Positions 1-9,157 of a stretch of DNA of 64,000 nt are shown here, piece after piece (the stretch's first letter is position 1; every line of letters starts with the position of its first letter). The notes under the pieces are model-generated. The model did not search any database and had not been told where the DNA came from. It saw only the letters and a program-made list of their open reading frames with translations. The position numbers and the translations under genes are program-made. The stretch is from an uncultured Verrucomicrobiae bacterium (GTDB lineage: Bacteria; Verrucomicrobiota; Verrucomicrobiia; Chthoniobacterales; UBA10450). The stretch is taken from NCBI GenBank assembly GCA_963726745.1, contig CAVSDR010000002.1:1-64000 (forward strand). Direction: 5' to 3'.

Positions 1-2
1 TC

Positions 3-182
3 ACGCCAGGCTGGATCCCAATTCTCGCCGACCCTGACGACGAGCCGCTCGTGCAACTTGCCTACGACTCCGGCGCACGGCGCATCATCACACACAACCA
101 GCGCGACCTCGCGCCCGCACGCTCCCTCGGCGTCGAAGTGTTGCCTCCGCGCGCGTTTTCAGCCATGCTCGTTACGTCATGA
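3..182 (+). CDS. PIN-domain toxin, C-terminal part (truncated by window start)
   Basis: Manual translation of frame 3: [63 protein letters not shown] and THNxRD are typical of PIN_3-type toxins. The stop overlaps the next ATG (ATGA). Confidence 0.7.
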   Translation, partial: TPGWIPILADPDDEPLVQLAYDSGARRIITHNQRDLAPARSLGVEVLPPRAFSAMLVTS

Positions 183-412
183 CGCTCCACGTCAAGCTTC
201 CCGAATCACTGGCCGCGCAAGCGCGCGAGCTCGCCGAGCGCGAGCACACGACAGTAGATGCTCTGATTGCCTCCTCGCTTGTCGCGACACTCGACCACTC
301 GCCACATCGGCCGACAATTTCCGAGCGCGCTGCTCGGGTCGATTGGGCGAGAGTGGACGCCATCCTCGCGCGCGTAGCAGAGGTCCCGCCCGAGGCGGGT
401 GATGAGCGGTGA
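179..412 (+). CDS. Putative antitoxin (RHH/HicB-like, 77 aa)
   Basis: [25 protein letters not shown] is a ribbon-helix-helix-like N-terminus; translationally coupled to the PIN gene. Confidence 0.65.
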   Translation: MTLHVKLPESLAAQARELAEREHTTVDALIASSLVATLDHSPHRPTISERAARVDWARVDAILARVAEVPPEAGDER

Positions 413-687
413 AGCTCACGACACCGCTCGACCGCATCGACCTGTTCGAGTTGAACGAGGCGTTCGCCGCGCAGGCCCTCGCCTGCCAGCGCGAGCTGGG
501 CATCGACAACGCAAAATTGAACGTCAACGGCGGCGCGATTGCGATCGGTCACCCGCTTGGTTGCAGCGGCGCCCGCCTGGCCACGACGCTGATCCACCAG
601 ATGGCTCGCACCGGCGCCTCGCGCGGCATCGCGTCGCTCTGCGTCGGGGTAGGACAAGGCTTGGCGACGGTCTTCGAACGGGAGTGA
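409..687 (+). pseudogene. Thiolase (acetyl-CoA acyltransferase) C-terminal fragment
   Basis: [23 protein letters not shown] and SLCVGVGQG motifs, but only 92 aa; the N-terminal domain is absent. Confidence 0.8.
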
Positions 688-954
688 GTTTGGAAGTGGG
701 CCTGACGGTCAGATCGTTCGAGCGCCCGGCGCCTCTGCAACGCATCCCACGGCAACAACAGGCGTGTTGCCGTCTGGGAAATTTACCCGCGATGCGGCTG
801 TCGATGAATCAACCGAGCGCTCCTGTTCAGACCGCAAGCGGATGGAATGATGAATTCGCGACGGTCTGCAGACCGTAAAGGACCGCGAGGCAGGTTGGCG
901 TGCCCAGATTCTAGAGCTAACCCGTTTGTGTACGCTCGTGCTATACAGCAATAA

Positions 955-1737
955 TTGCGTGTGATCGTCCCTGCGCCGTGCGGCATCTGCTTCAAAGAGC
1001 GCCAAGCGAAGGGCGACAACACAATCCCAATCATTTTCTGGCCGGGTCGTGTTGCGGACGAAGGCTATGTGAGCGTTCAATGCGCAAATGGGCACCAAAC
1101 AGTCGTTCTCTATGATGAACGTAAACACGACATCCTTTTTCACTCCGCCTGCCATGCACTTACTGCTGGGTACGAGCGCGAGGCAGTTTCTAGTTTTGCC
1201 GCAGCTCTAGAGCGCCTCTACGAGTTTTTTGTTCGTGTCGGAGTACATCATCATCGACTATCAGATGACGCTTTCACACCGACGTGGAAAGCAATGGCAC
1301 GGCAGTCGGAGAGGCAGTTCGGCGCGTTTCTGATGATCCACCTCCTCGTTTCCGGCACTGCATATCAAATGAATCAAAAGATGGTGGAATGGCGGAACAA
1401 GGTCATTCATCAGGGTTATATTCCGAAACCGGGCGAGGCAGAGTCGTATGGCGAACACGTGTTCAACCAGAAGTTCGCATTGATGCACTTACTCACAGAT
1501 AAATGCGCGCCAGCGATATGCGCTGAGGAGGAGGCGCAGGCGCAGGATATGCGACGTGCCGCACCGGCAAACGTCCCGCAAATCGGATTCAAAGCGACAC
1601 TCGTAAACGTCCCAAAAGGTTCTAACGTCGCGGAAGAGATCACATCGTTTCAGGAGTACCTGCGCGGAGTCTTTGAAAGCGTCGTTCGCAGAGAGGAAGA
1701 TATCCTGCGTAGCCGGGAGCGGCGACGTAAAACTTGA
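955..1737 (+). CDS. Hypothetical protein with N-terminal Zn-ribbon-like motif and HEPN-like RxxxxH motif
   Basis: CGIC...CANGH; helical ALERLYE; WRNKVIHQG (R-x4-H). Lies 21 bp upstream of the OLD gene; lower GC than the core region. Confidence 0.6.
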   Translation: MRVIVPAPCGICFKERQAKGDNTIPIIFWPGRVADEGYVSVQCANGHQTVVLYDERKHDILFHSACHALTAGYEREAVSSFAAALERLYEFFVRVGVHHHRLSDDAFTPTWKAMARQSERQFGAFLMIHLLVSGTAYQMNQKMVEWRNKVIHQGYIPKPGEAESYGEHVFNQKFALMHLLTDKCAPAICAEEEAQAQDMRRAAPANVPQIGFKATLVNVPKGSNVAEEITSFQEYLRGVFESVVRREEDILRSRERRRKT

Positions 1738-1758
1738 TCGTGCGGAAGTTTCAGACTC

Positions 1759-3519
1759 ATGCGGATCGACCGGATTCAGATTTCTCATTTTCGGAACTTC
1801 AAGTCGCTTGACGTGCGGCTTGGTGGTCATGCCGTGATCGTTGGCGAGAATCGCGCTGGCAAATCAAACCTGCTCCACGCGCTTCGACTGTTGCTTGACC
1901 CCTCGCTACCCGACACCGCGCGACAGTTGCGCGAAGAAGACTTTTGGGACGGATTAGAGCGGCCTTTAACAGCGGATGATCGCATTACGATCTCAGTAGA
2001 CTTTGCAGATTTCGAGAACAACGAGGCGCAGCTCGCGAGCCTGGCTGAACATCTTATCTCGTCCGAGCCGATGATCGCCCGCCTCACGTATGTTTTCGAG
2101 CGGGTCGCAGGTTCGGAAGATGAGAACGACTGCGATTTCTCCATCTACGGCGGTGACCGTCCGGAAAATGTAGTGCATTCTGAGATCCGCCGTCGACTTC
2201 CGCTTGATCTCCTGCCGGCGTTGCGGGACCCGGAAAGTGACCTGGCAAATCGACGCCGTTCTCCACTTGGCGCGCTCCTTGATCAAGTCGTCGCAGATTC
2301 CGATGAAGAGGAGTTGGGGGAAATCGGCGAGCGGGTTGCGGATGCGATGACCGCTCTCGCGGAGATATCTGAAATCAAAGACCTCGCCGATGACGTTACC
2401 GAGCGGCTGGTTAGCATGGTGGGCAGCGGACATGCAGGCGATTTCCAACTCGGCGTCGGCCCAACGGACCCGCAGCGGCTAATTCGCGCGCTACGTCCAT
2501 TAATTGACGCGGGGCGGCGCGGCATCAGCGAAGCCAGCCTCGGTTCGGCCAGCCTCATCTTTCTCGCACTGAAATCACTAGAGTTTGAATTGCTCGTCGA
2601 TGAGGGCCGGCGTGACCACACGTTTCTCGCCATCGAGGAGCCGGAAGCGCATCTGCATCCGCATCTGCAACGTCTCACTTTTCGACATTTCTTGGAACAA
2701 CGCGGCGCGACTGGAAACACTTCAATTCTCCTTACGACGCATTCGCCACACATCGTCAGCGTGGCTCCGCTGCGGACACTCGTAGTAATTCGCCGGGCCG
2801 CCGATGGCGAGAGCACTGAAGGCGTTTCCACGGCGAGAGTGAACTTGTCTGACGCCGACGTGGCAGACTTGGAGCGCTATCTCGACGTGACACGCGGCGA
2901 GATTGTTTTCAGTCGCGGGGTTCTACTCGTGGAAGGCGATGCTGAACGGTTTCTCCTGCCAATCCTGGCGTCATTGAATGGCGTTAATCTCGATCAGCTC
3001 GGAATCACCGTTTGCTCCGTAGCCGGCACAAACTTTCTGCCCTACACGAAATTCTTGGGCGCGAGCGGGCTGCAGATTCCACACGCTGTCATCACAGATT
3101 TCGACCTTAAGGATGGTCTCAGCTACGGCGCCGGTCGCGTGCGCGAACTTCTACAGTCAATCGGCGAAACGGTCGCTCCGAAAGCTGACGCCGACGAAAT
3201 TAGCACGCAGGGTGAGGCGCACGGTTTCTTCCTCAATGAGTCCACGTTCGAAGTGGACCTGTTTCGTTGCGGACGACATAACAGCATGACGCGCGCGCTC
3301 CATGAGCTGACAACGGTCGGAGTTGCGCAAACGCGGGCTAAAAAGTGGAAAGATGATCCCGCCAGTCTCGATGAAACGCGCTTTCTCGCCGACATAACGG
3401 AAATTGGAAAAGGCCGATTTGCGCAACGGCTCGCCAACATTATCGCGGGCATGACGAGCAAGAAATGCCCGGACTACATTCTTCAAGCGATTAACTATGT
3501 TGCGGAGCGCGTCCAATAA
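1759..3519 (+). CDS. OLD-family ATP-dependent nuclease (ABC ATPase + TOPRIM), GajA-like
   Basis: Walker A GENRAGKS, Walker B AIEEPEAHLHP, TTHSPH, TOPRIM LLVEGDAE and TDFD. Confidence 0.9.
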   Translation: MRIDRIQISHFRNFKSLDVRLGGHAVIVGENRAGKSNLLHALRLLLDPSLPDTARQLREEDFWDGLERPLTADDRITISVDFADFENNEAQLASLAEHLISSEPMIARLTYVFERVAGSEDENDCDFSIYGGDRPENVVHSEIRRRLPLDLLPALRDPESDLANRRRSPLGALLDQVVADSDEEELGEIGERVADAMTALAEISEIKDLADDVTERLVSMVGSGHAGDFQLGVGPTDPQRLIRALRPLIDAGRRGISEASLGSASLIFLALKSLEFELLVDEGRRDHTFLAIEEPEAHLHPHLQRLTFRHFLEQRGATGNTSILLTTHSPHIVSVAPLRTLVVIRRAADGESTEGVSTARVNLSDADVADLERYLDVTRGEIVFSRGVLLVEGDAERFLLPILASLNGVNLDQLGITVCSVAGTNFLPYTKFLGASGLQIPHAVITDFDLKDGLSYGAGRVRELLQSIGETVAPKADADEISTQGEAHGFFLNESTFEVDLFRCGRHNSMTRALHELTTVGVAQTRAKKWKDDPASLDETRFLADITEIGKGRFAQRLANIIAGMTSKKCPDYILQAINYVAERVQ

Positions 3520-5329
3520 TCGACGGCGGAGCTACCGCGAGGCCGCTGAAGATTTCCGAGACAATGCAGGCCAGCTTCACGCGTACGAGTCCGTAGGGGA
3601 CTTCGTCGTCCTCGCCGGACCAGGCAGCGGTAAGACGAAAACCCTCACCGTCAAACTTGCCCGCATGTTGGCCGAGGATGTCCGCCCGCCTCAAGGGATC
3701 GCCTGCATCACCTACAACCTGGAATGCGCCAGCGAGCTGCGGCAGCGTCTGGCAGCGCTCGGCGTCGAAGAGAGACGCAACGTCTTCATTGGGACGGTCC
3801 ACTCGTTCTGTTTCAAGAACATCGTCCTTCCCTACGGCCATCTTTCAGATCTGGGTTTGCCGCTGAATCCAAGCGTCGCCACCGACTCGCAACGTGAAGA
3901 GCTGTTCGCAAGAGCGTTGAAAACGGCTGTTGGGGCGGATGAGAATCCCGCCTACTGGCGTGTCCGTTGTGAATGCTATCGCCGAACGTTTCCTGATCAG
4001 GACAGTCAGGATTTTCAAGAGAAGGATGCTCCTGCCGCGGCCGTCGTGCTCGCTTATGAAAAAGCGCTCCGAGAAGCCAACGTGATCGACTTCGACAGCA
4101 TGGTGCTTGACGGTCTGCGGCTCGTCGAACGGCACGAATGGGTGCGGAAACTGATCCATGCTCGTTTTCCTATACTCGCAGTGGACGAGTACCAAGACCT
4201 CGGCCTGCCGCTGCACCGCATAGTTACCAGTCTTTGCTTTGATGCAGGCATTCGGCTTTTTGCGGTCGGCGATCCCGATCAGTCGATTTACGGGTCATTT
4301 GGCGCCAAGCCGGAGTTGCTGCAAGAACTCGCGGATACCGAGGGTATGGAGTCGGTGCGGCTGCAATTCAACTACCGCTGCGGCCAAACCATCGTGTCGA
4401 TGTCGGAGACCGCGCTGGGCGAGGAGCGTGGCTACCAGTCAAAAGCTGCACAGCAAGGCGATATATATTTTCACGAATGCCCAGACGGACGCGAACAACA
4501 GGCCGCGCTGATTTGCGAGGAGATCATTCCAGCTGCGCTTGCGCGTCGGCGTGGGCGAAAGCTAGGCGACATCGCCGTGCTTTACGTGGATCGCCACGAT
4601 GGCGAAATCGTTGCCCAAGCCGTCGCCCGTGCCGGCATGAAATACATCCGGATCGACAAGGGTGCGCCGTATCGTCGTACGCCACTAACGCGCTGGATCG
4701 AGGATTGCGCGGCTTGGTGCAGCGGAGGCTGGGAAAAGGGCCTACCGCGTCTGTCCCTCATACTTCGTTCGTGGGTCGGCTTCGACCCGACTTTGCGTTC
4801 CGACTCTGCTCGCCGCGAGCGCCGGACTGAGCTGGTTCGCTTTCTTTTCGCCCGACGTGATCGCTCAATCCTACTCCGCGATTGGCTGAAGGAACTGGCA
4901 GCTACTTCCCTCTCCGCGGTTCTAAACCGCGAGCCAACATTGGCCGATGAAGATGACGCTCTTGATGAACTCCAAGCTGCGTGCAGTGAAGATGGGAAGC
5001 TTGAGGGTTTGACGATTGCCGGTTTCTCGGGCCAGACCGGCTCACCGGAACATCTCAATCTGATCACACTGCATTCCGCCAAAGGGCTCGAGTTCGATGT
5101 CGTTGTAATGATGGGGATGGAGCAAGGACGACTACCTAGTTGGGCAGCAAGAAAAGCGTCCGAAAAGCGGGAAGCTCGCCGGTTGTTCTATGTTGGCCTC
5201 ACCCGCGCCCGCCACGAAGTGCATATGACTTACTCCGGCTGGACGCAGAATTGGAAAGGCACAGTGTTTCGCAACGGCCCTTCCGAGTTCCTGCTCGAAG
5301 TACAACGGAAGCTCGCGGAAACGGTGTAG
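3497..5329 (+). CDS. UvrD/Rep-family SF1 helicase, GajB-like
   Basis: AGPGSGKT, VDEYQD, VGDPDQSIY, NYR, TLHSAKGLEFD, EARRLFYVGLTRAR; overlaps the OLD gene by 23 bp. Confidence 0.9.
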   Translation: MLRSASNNRRRSYREAAEDFRDNAGQLHAYESVGDFVVLAGPGSGKTKTLTVKLARMLAEDVRPPQGIACITYNLECASELRQRLAALGVEERRNVFIGTVHSFCFKNIVLPYGHLSDLGLPLNPSVATDSQREELFARALKTAVGADENPAYWRVRCECYRRTFPDQDSQDFQEKDAPAAAVVLAYEKALREANVIDFDSMVLDGLRLVERHEWVRKLIHARFPILAVDEYQDLGLPLHRIVTSLCFDAGIRLFAVGDPDQSIYGSFGAKPELLQELADTEGMESVRLQFNYRCGQTIVSMSETALGEERGYQSKAAQQGDIYFHECPDGREQQAALICEEIIPAALARRRGRKLGDIAVLYVDRHDGEIVAQAVARAGMKYIRIDKGAPYRRTPLTRWIEDCAAWCSGGWEKGLPRLSLILRSWVGFDPTLRSDSARRERRTELVRFLFARRDRSILLRDWLKELAATSLSAVLNREPTLADEDDALDELQAACSEDGKLEGLTIAGFSGQTGSPEHLNLITLHSAKGLEFDVVVMMGMEQGRLPSWAARKASEKREARRLFYVGLTRARHEVHMTYSGWTQNWKGTVFRNGPSEFLLEVQRKLAETV

Positions 5330-5337
5330 TCGTAGAA

Positions 5338-5536
5338 CGCTCAGCCCATCGAAGCCAGCTTGGCAAAGCCGGACTGGTACGCCCCGACCAGCGTGTCGAT
5401 CTCCGCTTCGGTCATCGGCGTGGAGAACACGCACGTGCCCGTGCTGATGATACTGCAACCTTCGTTGTAAAGGTGTTCGAGCAATGCCTTGAGTCGGCGC
5501 GACTCGTCGGGGGTCGGGTACACATCGCGGTAGTTT
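5338..5536 (-). repeat. Copy 1 of a 199-bp direct repeat (3' end of a class-III aminotransferase-like gene)
   Basis: Aligns to 5927-6125 with about 12 substitutions and no indels (hand alignment). Confidence 0.9.
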
Positions 5537-5575
5537 GAACCTCTACGGATGTGCTAATATAGCGTACCCTCAATT

Positions 5576-5872
5576 ATGAAATCGAAACGCACGCCTGCCA
5601 AGCCCTACGCGACGACTGAACCGGACGAGCATTCGAAGACTGTACAAAGAACCCGGACAGTGGTCAGAGCCTCAACATGCGACGACTGAGCCGCCGGACG
5701 GCATTCCAAGACGTAAAAAGAACCCGAACAGTGGTCAGAGCCTCAACACGCGACGACTGAGCCGCCGGACGAGCATTCCAAGACGTACAAAGAACCCGAG
5801 CAGTGGTCAGAGCCTCAACACGCGACGACTGAACCCCACGAGCATTCGAAAACGTATAAAGAAGCTGACTAG
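5576..5872 (+). CDS. Small tandem-repeat protein (24-aa unit ATTEPPDEHSKTYKEPEQWSEPQH, about 3.5 copies), interrupted as sequenced
   Basis: About 72-bp tandem repeats at ~5607-5865; inter-copy differences are mostly synonymous in one frame; ATG at 5576, TAG at 5870-5872. A +1 indel, a -1 indel and a TAC>TAA change break the frame. Confidence 0.6.
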
Positions 5873-5929
5873 ACTTTCAGAGTTCCAGCCGCGCTGCGAC
5901 GGGCTTGACGTGACGATAATACCGCTCGC

Positions 5930-6292
5930 TCAGCCCATCGAAGCCAGCTTGGCAAAGCCGGACTTGAACGCCCCCACCAGCGTGTCGATCTCCGCTTCGG
6001 TCATCGGCGTGGAGAACACGCACGTGCCCGTGCTGATGATGCTGCAACCTTCGTTGTAGAGGTGCTCGAGCAACGCCTTGAGTCGGCGCGACTCGTCGGG
6101 CGTCGGGTAGGCTTCGCGGTAATTTCGTGGCGGCGTCTCCTTCATGTGCACCAGGAACATCGAGCCCGCCCCGGTGACGCTCGCGGGCGCGCCCGTCGCG
6201 CGGATCGCGCCTTCGATGCCGTTCCTGGCCCGATCGGTCAGCGCGTTCAGGCGCGCCACCGCGGGTTGGTCGAACTTCAGCATCGCCGCCAT
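5930..6292 (-). pseudogene. C-terminal fragment of a class-III (GSA-aminomutase-like) aminotransferase; includes copy 2 of the 199-bp repeat
   Basis: ASVTGAGSMFLVHM...STPMTEAEIDTLV resembles the C-terminal small domain; the PLP-binding part is absent. Confidence 0.6.
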
Positions 6293-6374
6293 GCGAGGAC
6301 GGCGGGGCCTTGGGAGACACTGCTGGTCAATCTTCGGGCGTGACAAACGGCGGGCCGGTCTCAGTGTCGGCGGG

Positions 6375-6527
6375 ATGATCAACAAAAACATCGGAATGCT
6401 CTTGCTCGCGATTTACCTCATCCTGGTGGGGCTGGTCGGTATCTTCGGGTTCAGCCTTGGGGCGGCGGCTATTGTTCTGCCGATCCTGGCGCTGATCGCT
6501 GGGATTATGATTTTGCTGGGGAAGTAG
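6375..6527 (+). CDS. Small two-TM membrane protein (50 aa)
   Basis: MINKNIGMLLLAIYLILVGLVGIFGFSLGAAAIVLPILALIAGIMILLGK is a hydrophobic hairpin. Confidence 0.7.
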   Translation: MINKNIGMLLLAIYLILVGLVGIFGFSLGAAAIVLPILALIAGIMILLGK

Positions 6528-6539
6528 CGGTGCTGCGTG

Positions 6540-6574
6540 AAACGCTGAAACGCTGAAAAGCTGAAAAGCTGAAA
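6540..6574. repeat. Short tandem 8-mer repeat (GCTGAAAC/GCTGAAAA, about 4 copies)
   Basis: aaacgctgaaacgctgaaaagctgaaaagctgaaa read directly. Confidence 0.7.
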
Positions 6575-6706
6575 TCGGACGGAGGCCGGGGTGGCGTCGC
6601 CGAGGCGGGGCACAGCCTTGCGGGGCTCGGAGGCGCGAACCTATATTCCCGGAGAGGCGGCGCTGCGCAGGGCGGGCCGTTTTTTCTGCACCCGAAAGGA
6701 ATCTTT

Positions 6707-7883
<1,177 letters not shown>

Positions 7884-7909
7884 GGTCTAACGAGGAGAAG
7901 GAATCGCAC

Positions 7910-9094
7910 ATGCCGCAATACCAAAAGCTCGGGCAAATCCCGCGGAAACATCACGTTTGGTTCCACCGCAACGGTGCCGGCCCGGGCTACAAGAACGAGG
8001 GCATCTACTACGAGCACGTGATCACGACCGAAGGCTTTAACGAAGCCTACTCGATCATGTATCACCTGCGGCCGCCGACGCGGGTGCGGAGCGTGGAATT
8101 GATCAAGTGCGAGGAGCTGAAGAAGGTGACGGACGCGCCGCTGCGGCATCATCACCTGAAGGCGGCGAACGTGCCGCGCCAGGGCGACCTCTACACCGGG
8201 CGCATCCCGATGCTCTTCAACCAGGACATGATCGCCTACCGGCACAAGCCGGCGACGACCTACGGCGAATACGAGTATTACCGCAACGGCGGCGCGGACG
8301 AGATCATCTTCGTCTTCCACGGTGCGGGCACGCTGGAGTCGCCTTTCGGCAAGCTGCGTTATCGTGCGGAGGATTACATCGTGATCCCGCGCGGGATTAC
8401 CTACCGGCTGGTGCCGGACAAGGTGGAGGAGGAGGATTACCTGATCCTGGAATCGACCGGGCCGGTGCGCATTCCGCGGCGCTACCTGAATCACGAGGGC
8501 CAGATCCGGATGGGCTCGCCGTATTCGGAGCGCGATTTCCACGGGCCGTCCGAGACGCTCGTGATCGACCGGGACGAAGACGTGCCCGTGCTGGTGAAGG
8601 ATGGCCCGCGCTGGACGCGGGTGGTGCACGCGCACCATCCCTTTGATGTCGTTGGCTGGGATGGGTTCGTTTACCCGTTCACCTTCAACGCGCAGGACTT
8701 CGAGCCGATCACTGGCTTTGTCCATCAGCCGCCGCCGATCCACCAGACCTTTGAGATTCGCGGCTACGTCGTCTGCACCTTCGCGCCGCGGATGCTCGAT
8801 TACGGGCCGGACGCGGTGAAGATCCCGTGGGTGCACGATAACGTGGAGGCCGACGAGGTGCTCTTCTACGTGCGCGGCAATTTCGGTTCGCGCAAAGGGA
8901 TCGAGGCGGGCTCGATCACGCTCCATCCGCGCGGGATCCCGCATGGGCCGCATCCGGGGACGATCATGGCGAGCAAGGATGCGACGCGCACCGAGGAATT
9001 AGCCGTCATGTTCGACACCGAGCACACGCTCGAGTTGACCGAGCAGGCGGTGTCCCTGGACGATCCGAAGTATCCGCTGAGCTGGGTCGACTAG
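7910..9094 (+). CDS. hmgA: Homogentisate 1,2-dioxygenase
   Basis: MPQYQKLGQIPRKHH, HQPPPIHQTF, ITLHPRGIPHGPHPG, ELAVMFDT; GAGGAG RBS-like sequence upstream; follows hppD. Confidence 0.9.
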   Translation: MPQYQKLGQIPRKHHVWFHRNGAGPGYKNEGIYYEHVITTEGFNEAYSIMYHLRPPTRVRSVELIKCEELKKVTDAPLRHHHLKAANVPRQGDLYTGRIPMLFNQDMIAYRHKPATTYGEYEYYRNGGADEIIFVFHGAGTLESPFGKLRYRAEDYIVIPRGITYRLVPDKVEEEDYLILESTGPVRIPRRYLNHEGQIRMGSPYSERDFHGPSETLVIDRDEDVPVLVKDGPRWTRVVHAHHPFDVVGWDGFVYPFTFNAQDFEPITGFVHQPPPIHQTFEIRGYVVCTFAPRMLDYGPDAVKIPWVHDNVEADEVLFYVRGNFGSRKGIEAGSITLHPRGIPHGPHPGTIMASKDATRTEELAVMFDTEHTLELTEQAVSLDDPKYPLSWVD

Positions 9095-9157
9095 CGCCAG
9101 CCGACCGTCGGTCTGCGAGCTTGTCGCCTCGATCGGCGGTTTCTATAATCGCCGGTC

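Noticed and set aside
5607..5865. CRISPR array
   Set aside because: The units are contiguous ~72-bp repeats with no unique spacers, variation is synonymous in one reading frame, and no cas genes are present.
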